From positions 13,330,001-13,394,000 of the forward strand of contig OX597833.1 in assembly GCA_951406725.2 (NCBI GenBank): 64,000 nt of DNA, read 5' to 3'. Shown here piece after piece: positions 1 through 11,162 of the stretch. Origin of the DNA: Octopus vulgaris. Lineage: Eukaryota. The notes beneath the pieces are model-generated. The model did no database searches. It was not told the DNA's origin and saw nothing but the letters and a program-made list of their open reading frames with translations. Position numbers and translations under genes: made by a program. Position 1 is the stretch's first letter. Every line of letters begins with the position of its first letter.

Positions 1-205
1 TACCCTCTCCCCAGAATTGAAGTGATTCATGGCAAAGAATCCATCAAGGTATCTTTTTACGTCATACAAGGAATTGAAATTTTTACCATTAAAACTATTC
101 TGCAGAGACCTGAATAAGTGGAAATCCGAAGGAGCAATATCTGGTGGATATGGAGGGTGGAGTTACACATCCCAGCCGAGCTGCAGCAATTTTTGTCTGG
201 TTCCC
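1..205 (-). mobile_element. mariner transposase C-terminal remnant
   Basis: Minus-strand translation TRQKLLQLGWDV*LHPPYPPDIAPSDFHLFRSLQNSFNGKNF matches the mariner YSPDLAPSDxHLF catalytic-end motif; contains an in-frame stop. Confidence 0.9.
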
Positions 206-544
206 AAAGCATCAAGTGCCGAAAATGAACTTTCTAATCTTCCATTTTAAAGGGTTACAGAATTAACACAGGTTATAGGAATATAAATTTTCTTCCACGA
301 AAAGATAGCTTAAACTGTGCTCTAAATGGAGGTGTAGTCAAATCCTATTTTATCGACTCAACCATGTTCTAAAATAAGTCGAAAGGTAAGCTACTATAAG
401 TCGGCACGAACTTTCCGGACAACCCAATACTATATGAAGATGCTTGCTTGATAGCGGGCTTCTTAACAGACCACTGATTGCCTACGTTAACGAAAGAATT
501 CTTAACTAAAAGCTTCTTTCTACGACAGGCCCGAGGCCAGAAGT

Positions 545-1702
545 TTTTTGGAGTGGGGTAAGTCAATTACTTCAACTTTAGTGTTCAACTAGTATTTATT
601 TTATCGACTCCGAAAACATGAAAATCAAAGTCGACCTCGGCGGCTTTTGAACTCAGAACTTAAAGCCAGAAGAAATGCCGCTAAGCATTTTGTCCGATGT
701 GCTAACGATTCTGCCAGTTTCCCCGTCTTAATTCTTGACTAAAGTTAATGTCAAATTCGAATCAACAAAACACAAACAAAAGCATACAAAGCCCTCTTCG
801 TGGTCGTTATTTCAAATTTTGGTTCAAGGCCAATGAAATAATTCGAAGAAATAATTCGATTGCATCGACCCAAGAGCTTAGCCGGTACGTATTTTATCAA
901 CCCCGGAAGGAGTGTGAAAGAGAGGCAAAGTCGACCTCGACGGAATTTTAACCAAGAACGTAAAGATAGACAAAACACCGCTAAGCGTTCGTACGATGTG
1001 CTGACGGCTCCGCCAGCTCGCTACCTTTATTTATCACTAAACATTGATTTCAAATTTTGGAACAAGGCCAACAATTTCGGGGATAGTCTGGGGGTAAGCC
1101 GATCATCAGTGCTCAACGGGTACTTATTTCATCGACCCGAAAGGAAAAAATAGGCAAGTCGACCGCGGTGGAATTTGAACTCAGAACGCTAAGACGGGCG
1201 AAATGCCGCGAAGCAATTTTAGCCGGCGCGCAAACGACGCTGCCTTTATTTATAGCTAAATATTAATCAATATAAATTAATCCTCTCTATAGGAACTAAG
1301 CCTGAAATTTGGTAAGATACAAATTACATCGACTCCAATGATCAACCGGTACTCATTTTATCGGCCCCGAGAGGGAATGAAATGCAAAAATCGACCTCAG
1401 CGGAATTTGAACTCAGAACGTAAAGACAGACGAAATACCGCTACGCATTTTGTCCAGCGTGCTTAACGATTCTTATTTCTTTACTGCCTACAAGGAGCTA
1501 CACACAGAGGGGACAAATAAGGACAGACAAACGGATTAAGTCGATTATATCGACCCCAGTGCGTAACTGGTACTTATTTAATCGACCCCGAAAGGATGAA
1601 AGGCAAAGTCGACCTCGGCGGAATTTGAACTCAGAGCGTAACGACAGACGAAATACCACTTAGCATTTCGCCCGGCCTGCTAACGTTTCTGCCAGCTCGC
1701 CG
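545..1702 (-). mobile_element. cluster of about 5 tRNA-derived Nin-domain-like SINE copies (old and young)
   Basis: Repeated tcgaccccgaaaggatgaaaggcaaagtcgacctcggcggaatttgaactcagaacg core. The sense strand has a tRNA-like head (TGGC A-box, GTTCAAA B-box) and a GCCTTTCATCCTTTCGGGGTCGATAAA domain. Confidence 0.85.
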
Positions 1703-1739
1703 TAATAAATGAAGTAATAAATGCAACTTTGTAAAGGTC

Positions 1740-2919
1740 TCAGCCATCCACTAATGTCTATCAATGTTTCCTCGAGAGACTATTCCGTACCATAACCATT
1801 CGATGTTTAAAGACTAGTTTTATAGAAATGTCTTTCAAAATCCCTATTTTATTTTCGACACATTAACTTGTATAAGTTGAAGAAAGAAACCCAGCTGTTT
1901 CTTGCAATACATAACCAATATATACATCGAAAGCAAAATTTTTCAGGGGCCCTTAAAACACTATTGTGGATCCTCAATTTACCATCTTATTGCATGACCC
2001 CCTCCATCCCCGCCAAATCTTATATGGACCCTCAAGGGGCCATGTGTATCCTGATTGCGAACCACTGCTTTAGACCAAGGATCTTTAACCATTTTTCATC
2101 TGTGGACCCCTTTGATCACTATTAAGAAGCTTCTTTCAAAATTCCTAGTTTGTTTTTGCACACATTAACTTTTGTAAGTTGAACAATGTAAAATGTTAGA
2201 GAAAGAAACCTAGCAGTTTTTTGCAATAAATACTGATATATACATCTAAAGCAGTGGTTCTCAACCATTTTTTATCTTTGGACCCCTTTGATTGAGGTGG
2301 ACCCTTATACCCATTCAATGATTATAAACTAGTTTTATAGAAACTTCTTTCAAAATTCCTATTTTATTTTCCACACCTTAACTTTTGTAGATTGAACTGT
2401 AAAGTGTTAGAGAAAGAAACCCAGCTGTTTCTTGCAAAACATACTAAATACATACATCGAAAGCAAAACTTTTTCAGGGGCCCTTAAAATCCTATTGTGG
2501 ATCCTCAATTTACCATCCCCCCAAATCTTATATGTTCCCTCAAGGGGCCATATGTATCCCGACTGAGAACTACTGCTCTAGACCAAGGATCCTTAACCAT
2601 TTTTCCTCTGTGGACCCCTTTGATTACCATTTTATTCTGGTGGACCTTTATAGCCATTTGATGTTTAAAAACTAGTTTTATAGAAATGTCTTTCAAAATT
2701 CCTATTTTGTTTTTCATGCATTCACTTGTGAAGGTTGAACCATGTAAAGTGTTAGAGAAAGGAACCCAGCTGTTTCTTGCAATACATACCAATACACTCA
2801 TCTATAGCAAAACTTTTTCAGGAGCCCTTAAAATACCATTGTGGATCCCTGCCGCAATGGACCCTCAAAAATTATATGAATCCTCAGGAGCAATATGGAC
2901 CCCGGTTGAGAACCACTCG
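1740..2919. mobile_element. tandem/nested hAT (Charlie-like) MITE copies
   Basis: TIR-like cagtggttctcaacc (2232) and ggttgagaaccact (about 2904). Three to four related units of about 300 bp are joined by ctttagac/ctctagac spacers. Confidence 0.7.
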
Positions 2920-2924
2920 ATTAG

Positions 2925-3225
2925 ACTCACTCATCGCTCACACACCTGCTCACTCATCGCTCACACACTTGCTCAATCATCGCTCACACACTTGCTCACT
3001 CATCGCTCACACACTTGCTCACTCATCGCTCACACACTTGCTCACTCATCGCTCACACACTTGCTCACTCATCGCTCACACACTTGCTCACACACTTGCT
3101 CACTCATCGCTCACACACTTGCTCACACACTTGCTCACTCATCGCTCACACACTTGCTCACACACTTGCTCACACACTTGCTCACACACTTGCTCACTCA
3201 TCGCTCACACACTTGCTCACACACT
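2925..3225. repeat. minisatellite (cttgctcactcatcgctcacaca, 23-bp unit with 12-bp subunit)
   Basis: Direct tandem repeats seen in the sequence. Confidence 0.95.
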
Positions 3226-3814
3226 CGAAGGTCAGTTAAGAATTGATACTCCAGAGTTTGAGTTCAAATTCCGCTGAAGACGATTTTGCCTTTCACCCTT
3301 TCGGAATCAATGAAATAAGTCCCAACTGAGAACCGAGATCGATATAATCCGCTGGCCCCTTTTCTTCCCCCAAAGTTTCAGGTCTTGAGCCTATAGTAGA
3401 AAGGATATTATTCCCAGTGCTGATATCCTCAGTAATCACTTTTTCTTGTCTCCCCTAAATTGGTCTGATTTCAAAATATTTTTCCTGGGGACCTTGTTAG
3501 GGGTTACCTCAACCACGGGTGTACAGGATCGTTAGCACATACCCCAGCATCTGAGTAATATTTCCAAAAGGCGTACTCCCAACATTTTTGAAGTACTACA
3601 CCACTTCACTCACACCCGCAGACACACACACACATACACGTAATAAAGGAGTCGGGGTGGGGGTTCGTGAGTTAAAGGACTGGCTTGTTTGTCTTTCATA
3701 TTACATTTCTGGTGTGTGTTGTTTTAGTGTAGTTGAGTAATGAGCGGGTGGATAGGAAGAACGCTGTACAAAAGATGTACCCCTATCTGATATGAAATTT
3801 GTAATAACAGCTAT

Positions 3815-4397
3815 GCGTGTGTGTGTGTGTGTGTGTGCGTGTGTGTATGTGTGTGTGTAGTGTGTGTGTGTGTGTGCATGTGTGTGTGCATGCATGTGTG
3901 TGTAGGTGTGTGTGTGTGTAGGTGTGTAGGTGCATGTGTGTGTGTGCATGTGTGTGTGTGCATGCATGTGTGTGTAGTGTGCGTGTGTGTAGATGTGTGT
4001 GTGTATGTGCGTGTGTATGTGCGTATGTGTGTGTATGTGCGTATTTGTGTGTGTGCGCATGTGTGTGTGTGTGCATGTGTGTGTGTGCATGTGTGCTTGT
4101 AGGTGTGTGTGTGTAGGTGTGTGTGTGTGAGCATATGTGTGTGTGCATATGTGTGTGTGCATATGTGTGCGTGTGCATATGTGTGTGTGCATGTGTATGT
4201 GTGCATGTGTGTTTGTAGGTGTGTGTGTAGGTGTGTGTGTTTGTGCATGTGTGCGTGTGTGCATGTGTGCGTGTGTGCATGTGTGCGTGTGTGCATGTAT
4301 GCGTGTGTGCATGTGTGCGTGTGTGCATGTGTGTGTGCATGCATATGTGTGTGTGTAGGCGCGTGTGTGTGTGTGTGTAGGTGTGTGTGTGTGTGCG
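3815..4397. repeat. compound (TG)n microsatellite
   Basis: TG runs interrupted by gcat/tagg. Confidence 0.95.
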
Positions 4398-4808
4398 ATT
4401 TTAGGGCTCGCAGGGAGTGAAGCAGCAAGTGATAAATAAATTAAATAAATGCGAAAAAAAATGATAATTACCGATAGAATTATACATATGATATTTTATA
4501 GTTTATGTATGTATGTATGTATGGATATATGTATGTATGTATGCATGAATATGTATGTACATATGAAAATATGTGAATGTAAGTTCCTGTATGTAATGTA
4601 AGTATTTATGTATGCATGAATGCATATGAGCGTATACACACACACACACACACACACACATACATATATACACATATTATATGTGGTGTGTGTGTATACC
4701 TTAGTATTAATGTGCTCATGTATAAATATGTAAATATATATATATATATACATACATATATATTATAAATATGTGGTGTGTGGATGTGTATAGTTTAGTA
4801 TTAATGTG

Positions 4809-4862
<54 letters not shown>

Positions 4863-5651
4863 CTTAGTTTCGTATTTGCATTTATGTATATGTATGAGAG
4901 GAAAAGGAGTCCGTGTGTGTATATATTAGCTTCTGTTTTTGTGTATATGTTAGCCTCTGTTTGTGTTTGTGTGTGTGTGTGTGTATGTATGTGTGTGTGT
5001 GTGTGTATGTTAGCCTCTGCGTGTGTGTGTGTGTGTAGGCGTACGTATGCATATTTATTGCATGACTTCGCCCATCGTTCAGGGAAGTATCGTTGCGCAC
5101 ACAGCCGGAGTTTATTTCAAGAACACTTCATTATTTTCTTTTCAGAGTTAATGCTTTTTACATGTACACAGAACAATATCATCTTTATTGTCAATTATTC
5201 CACAATATTCCACTTAATTCATGCTAACTGCGATGTACACAGTTTAAGAAGAAATTCTGAATGAACGATACTCAAAAGAAATGGCTTGTTATTGTACACA
5301 GAAAACAAACCCTCAGTTTTGGTAACAAATATTCTTGCATTTAGAATATACAGACGAATGTCCCACGACACTGGCTGCAATATTTTGTCTATCGAAAACT
5401 TCTGAAAAATATTCGTGTGTAAAGGCTAACAAACAATTTACGGTCTTAAAAAAAGGGAAAGTAAGTTTTGCTAAAAATGTGAAAGTAAATTGCGGTAAAT
5501 AGAGGACAGTGGTTGCCAAAAATTTCGTAAGAACATAAAGAACTTCCTTTATGTCTTGTCCATAGGTACCGACATGGGTTGTGCCGTCCAATGCTACGTT
5601 GAGTATTCCTAGCAACGAACACCACTGAGAAGTGTAATTGTTTTCGTTTCA

Positions 5652-6055
5652 TATAAAAGGGGCTAAACACAGAGAGGACAAACAAGGACAGACAAACGGA
5701 TTAAGTCGATTACATCGACCCCAGTGCGTAACTAGTACTTAATTTTATCGACCCCGATAGGATGAAAGGCAAAGTTAACCTCGGCGGAATTTGAACTCAG
5801 AACGTAGAGACAGTCGAAATACCCATTTCATTACTGCCCAGAAGGGGCTATACACAGAGGGGACAAACAAGGATAGACAAACAGATTAAGTCGATTACAT
5901 CGACCCTAGTGCGTAACTGGTACTTAATTTTATCGACCTCGAAAGGATTAAAGGCAAAGTCGACCTCGGCGGAATTTGAACTCAGAACGTAACGGCAGAC
6001 GAAATACGGCTACGCATTTCACCCGGCGTGCTAACGGTTCTGCCAGCTCGCCGCC
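5652..6055 (-). mobile_element. Nin-domain-like SINE dimer
   Basis: Two head-to-tail units joined at gaaatacc|catttc; full head ends at ctcgccgcc. Confidence 0.9.
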
Positions 6056-6229
6056 TTAAATATGTCTAAGATATATGCATGAAAATATTGGATATCACTG
6101 TCGTTACTTCTGGTTTCTATCGCAATTGACTGATTATTTTCAGGATAATTCATTTTAGCTATTTTACAGCCATAAACTGCATGTTAACCTGTGTAAATAA
6201 CAGAGAGCCTCGCGCAAAACGCCGAAGGA

Positions 6230-6275
6230 TAACCAGACACTGTGTTTCGATTTAATTTACTCTCTTCAGTGACTA
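6230..6275 (-). ncRNA. minimal type I hammerhead ribozyme motif (Penelope-LTR type)
   Basis: Minus strand reads TAGTCA-CTGAAGA-GA..TC-GAA-ACAC.A.GTGT-C-TGGTTA: core boxes, 6-bp stem I with two wobbles, quasi-palindromic stem III, GUC triplet. Confidence 0.7.
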
Positions 6276-6477
6276 ATTATTCAGACGCATCGAACTAATT
6301 CAGAAAGGCTTGTCTCGATATCAAAATCGGCAAGCAAAACATTTCCTGATTGTGACAAAACCTAGTCTTGTTATATTACAGCGAAACAGCTGTAGTGGTT
6401 ATATTACAGCGAAATAGCCACACACGCACACACACACTGGTATTTTCATCTAAGGCGGTTTCTTCTATCTTTTATCC

Positions 6478-6697
6478 ATTACTTGTTTCAGTCATTTGAC
6501 TGTGTCCATGCTGGGGCACATCTTCAAAGGTTTTAGTCGAACAAATCAAAGCCGGGACTTTCTTTCAAAGCCTAGTACTTATTTTATCGTTTCGCTTTTG
6601 CCGAATCGCTCAGTTATGGAGACATAAGCACACAAACACCAGTTCTCAAGCGGTGGTGGGGACAAGCACAAAGATACACACAGATGCCTACATACAT

Positions 6698-6754
<57 letters not shown>

Positions 6755-7055
6755 ATCCAAACAAGAAAGCACAAAAAAAAACACAACGACGCGAGGACGT
6801 GGAACAAATATAGTATTATTGGACGCTCAGGAAAGAAGGAGGGTTTAACGTTTCGAGCGGAGCTCTTCGTCGGAAACATAAGAGAAGGAAAGATCCAGAG
6901 AAGGGAAGACAGAGGAAAAAAATCGCCAACGGTACACACACACACATATATATATATATACGGCGGGCTTCTTTCAGTTTCTGTACCAAATCCACTCTCA
7001 AAGCTTTGGTCTTCCCGAGGCTGAAGTAGAACACACTTACCGAAGGTGCCAAGCA
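6478..7055 (-). mobile_element. tRNA-derived SINE with central (TA)n (CORE-like ccttgggcaagt block), split by an insert
   Basis: 3' half at 6478-6690 and 5' half at 6960-7055 match the full copy at 29042-29490. Confidence 0.8.
6750..6940 (-). mobile_element. short non-autonomous Penelope-like element with hammerhead motif, inserted in (TA)n
   Basis: GTTT-CCGACGA-A-GAGC.TCC.GCTC-GAA-ACGT-T-AAAC at 6843-6877. Homologues at 9775-9945, 50697-50905 and 60031-60233. Confidence 0.65.
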
Positions 7056-7464
7056 GCGAATTTAAATAGTTTAACCATTTAGCCTTAAATACCAGAAAAA
7101 GTATGCAGCTCTAAGAGTTATGCGAAGCCAACATTTCATACCCAAAAATATAATGTATAAAACCCTCCCTCCTTCTCTCTCTCTCCCTATCTCGCACTCA
7201 GTGTAAAGTCAAATAAGCAGTAAAATATCAACGGTTTTAAAATGCCGTCGCAGATCAGAAAGATTTGATCTTCACCCACGGCATTTATACAGCAATAATT
7301 CGGAAAATATTTTTACAACTTTATGTATTTATTTGAAATTCCCCAATAAAAAAGACCGTCGGATACTTTTAGAGAAAGGTTGAAAAGGAAGGCTGGAGTG
7401 AAAGAGAATGATACTAAAACTGTACATACATTCATACACACACACACACACACACATATATATG

Positions 7465-7673
7465 TCAGTCATTTGACTGCGGCCATGCACCGTCTTTAGT
7501 CGAGCAAGTCGACCCCAGGACTTATTCTTTGTAAGCCTACTACTTATTCTGTTGATCAATTTTGCCGAACTGCTAAGTTACGGGGACGTAAGCTCACCAA
7601 CGTCGGTTGTCAAGCGATGTTGGGAGGATAAACACAGACATGCAAACATATACACACACATATATGTATGTAC

Positions 7674-7715
<42 letters not shown>

Positions 7716-7842
7716 GTCGGGCTTTGGTTATGCCCGTGGTTATAGTAGAAGACACTTGCCCAAGGTGCCACGCAGTGGGACTGGACCCGTAACCATGTGG
7801 TTGGTAAGCAAGCTACTTACCACACAGCCACTCCTGCGCCAA
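7465..7842 (-). mobile_element. CORE-like SINE with central microsatellite
   Basis: Reverse complement of the 29042-29490 family. Confidence 0.9.
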
Positions 7843-7971
7843 TACATATATACACACACATATATACACATTTAAATGCATATATATAAATATACTTATA
7901 CACACACACACACAATGAATTTACATCTACATATGCATGTATACATATACATACAAATGCATACATAGAAA

Positions 7972-8025
<54 letters not shown>

Positions 8026-8420
8026 TATTCATATGTATATTTAAAATAGCAAATAAAAGTTGGTAGTAAAATAATTGATAAAACATTTGAATGAAATATG
8101 TTGGTAGGATATTGTAATAAAAAGACCGATAAAGGAATTTGAAGATAATAAAACCCATAAATAGGAGCGATAATAAAGAAGTAATTAAAGGAGCAATTAA
8201 ACAGTGCGGTAATAAAAGAACCGAAATGTTAAATATTATATGGAGGGAAATCGTTAATATTAGGAATTGCACTCGCCGACCCTTAGGAAGATCAAGGTCA
8301 TAGTCTGGAGGAAAATAATGAGGTAAGACAGTTCGTTACACAGTCCGGCTGATCTCCGGTATATAGTGCGGGGATCTTCACGTTTCTTCATGGACATATA
8401 TACATGCATACACACAAACA

Positions 8421-9149
8421 TATTTCTTTACTACCCACAAGGGGCTAAACACAGAAGAGACAAACAAGGACAGACAGACGGATTAAGTCGATTATATTGA
8501 CCCCAGTGCGTAACTGGTACTTAATTTATCGACCCCGAAAGGATGAAAGGCAAAGTCGACCTCGGCGGAATTTGAACTCAGAACGTAGCGGCAGACGAAA
8601 TACCTATTTCTTTATTACCCAAAAGGAGCTAAACACAGAGGAGACAAACAAGGACAGGCAGACGGATTAAGTCGATTATATTGACCCCAGTGCGTAACTG
8701 GTACTTAATTTATCGACCCCGAAAGGATGAAAGGCAAAGCCGACCTCGGCGGAATTTGAACTCAGAACGTAGCGGCAGACGAAATACCTATTTCTTTATT
8801 ACCCAAAAGGAGCTAAACACAGAGGAGACAAACAAGGACAGACAGACGGATTAAGTCGATTATATTGACCCCAGTGCGTAACTGGTACTTAATTTATCGA
8901 CCTCGAAAGGATGAAAGGCAAAGTCGACCTCGGCGGAATTTGAACTCAGAACGTAACGGCTGACGAAATACCTATTCCTTTACTACCCAGAAGGGGCTAA
9001 ACACAGAGGAGAGAAACAAGGACAGACAGACGGATTAAATCGATTATATTGACCCCAGTGCGTAACTGGTACTTAATTTATCGACCCCGAAAGGATGAAA
9101 GGCAAAGTCGACCTAGGCGGAATTTGAGCTCAGAACGTAACGGCAGACA
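8421..9149 (-). mobile_element. Nin-domain-like SINE tandem tetramer (184-bp period)
   Basis: Units start at about 8421, 8605, 8789 and 8973, each joined at gacgaaatacc|tatt(t/c)c. Confidence 0.95.
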
Positions 9150-9774
9150 GGTGTGCATGTGTGCGTATATGTCTATGTTTTGTGTGTGTATGTATGTATG
9201 TATACATAAATACATACATACATACATACATACATACATACATACATACATACATACATACATGCATACATACATACATGCATGCATACATATTATAAAC
9301 ATATGAAGAACTATGTGAAGGCAATGAAAAATCCAACCACCCACCATCTACCATGAAAGGCATTATAAATATATTTAATCGAATATCTAAACTTTTGGCA
9401 TGTGAAATGATATTTAATTCACGTGCACTCTATTACAATGTAGCATTACCTAGGACCGGATATGCTGCGAAACTCAAATACATGCCTAACAACAATCTTA
9501 ATTTGTACAGCAACAACAGTCTTATTAATGTATACATCAACAATGGTTAATTTTGTTCTTCGTGGTATTCTTCATTCCGTTTAGCACTTATTTCCTTGCT
9601 TTATGATTAAGACAGAATGGTAATTTATTGTCAGCCTGGCTCTTTTATTCATTTCTTTTTGTATTTCGATTGTAATTTAAATGTATATAAATACACACGC
9701 ACACACATATATATATGCATTTACATCTACATTAGCATGCATACATACATACAACTGCATATATATGTGTGTGT

Positions 9775-9945
9775 GTGACCTCGTGTGTATCGTTGGCGAT
9801 TTTCTTTCTCCGACCTTGGATCTTTCCTTTTTCTATGTTTCTGACGAAGAGCCTCCGCTCGAAACGTTAAATCCAATAACACTATACTTGTTCCACGTCC
9901 TCGCGTTGTTGTGTTTTCTCTTTGTATTTTCACGTTTGGATTAAT
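9775..9945 (+). mobile_element. Penelope-like short element with canonical hammerhead core
   Basis: GTTT-CTGACGA-A-GAGC.CTCC.GCTC-GAA-ACGT-T-AAAT at 9837-9872, followed by (TA)n. Confidence 0.7.
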
Positions 9946-9957
9946 TATATATATATT

Positions 9958-10100
9958 ACTGTTGTGTCTGGGGAGAGCCATTTTCTTTTTGCGCCTTATA
10001 ATGTAACACAATCACCGGTAAAATTTCCACATATTTCCACATATTTCTTATTTTTATTTTCCAAAAAAATTTTCGTTTCGCCTTGCGACCTTTTCAATTG
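9958..10100 (+). repeat. dispersed repeat of unknown class (also at about 41060-41250)
   Basis: ctgttgtgtctggggagag(c/t)cattttcttt...ccttttcaat occurs twice in the window. Confidence 0.8.
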
Positions 10101-10739
10101 CTTTCGGTGCGAATGGTCTTTTATACGGTGCCATTTTTACAATCCTGCAAATAATAAAAATGGTATTTTATATAAACTTTAAGCTTATATAAAAATACCA
10201 TACACACACACACACACACACACAAACACATTTATATTTATGTGTATATTTAAAATAGCAAATAAAATTTGGAAGTAAAATAATTGATAAAACATTTGAA
10301 TGAAATATGTTGATAGGATATTGTAATTAAAAGACTGGTAAAGGAATTTGTTTATCACTATATCTGTGGATTTAGTTTTGTCTGTAAACTGCTGAAAATG
10401 GCATCACATTGGGTGTACATTCTCACACTGAGTAGAATGGGGAGAGAATGAAGCGAAAACGTTATTCAAACCATCATCTGAGGAGGCGCATATTACACCT
10501 TGGGTTTATTATAATTATTACACAACATCTCACCCAACAGGTGTAGATATGCATCGAAACACTTGCAGTGAATAAAGAATGTCGCTCATTCTATTTTCTA
10601 TTAGTTATTGATTGATGTAAATTTTACGGATACTTTGGAATTTCTGGTGTCAGTCTAGTAACAAGAGCGTTTCGACTATGATAACATCAGGTAGCCAATG
10701 ATTGTGGACGTGCTTTGCATAGCGCTCTACAAGGTTTTT

Positions 10740-11040
10740 GTTTGTTCTTTCCCGAGCCATGCCTGGCTCATAAGGGCATGTTTCCCGGTTTCCTTGGCGT
10801 ATAGGTTCCCCACCTGGACGGGACACCGGTCTGTTACAGATGAGCTGCTAGATACAGAAGAAAAGAGTGAGAGAAAATTGTGGTGAAAGAGTCAGTAGAA
10901 GTTCGCCATTACCTTCTGCTGTAGCCGCGTGGTGCTTAGGTGTTTCGCTCATAAACACACACATCGCTCGGTCTGAGATTCGAACCCGCGATCCCTCGAC
11001 CGCGAGTCCGCTGCTCTAACCACTAGGCCATGTGCCTCCC
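10740..11040 (-). mobile_element. tRNA-Arg-derived SINE (OR1/OR2-like) with V-domain-like tail
   Basis: Sense head ggaggcacatggcctagtggttagagcagcggacTCGcggtcgagggatcgcgggttcgaatc; tail contains cccgtccaggtgggg. Confidence 0.85.
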
Positions 11041-11121
11041 ACAAGCTTTTTACCTACATCTTATTTAACTATATTATAAACGTACACATAATATGTTTTC
11101 ATTAATTTTGTTTCTATTTCA

Positions 11122-11162
11122 GTTCGACGTTTCGCAAATTGAATTTTCGCTCGTCAGATAAC
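11122..11162 (-). ncRNA. minimal hammerhead ribozyme motif
   Basis: Minus strand reads GTTAT-CTGACGA-GCGAA.aattcaa.TTTGC-GAA-ACGT-C-GAAC; stem I is imperfect. Confidence 0.6.

Noticed and set aside
8596-8612. Hammerhead at the SINE multimer junction (GAAATAGGTATTTC)
   Set aside because: No CUGANGA box in the unit; only a small hairpin.
10975-11040. Possible tRNA-Arg(TCG) gene
   Set aside because: The acceptor stem does not close and the sequence continues into a multicopy SINE body.
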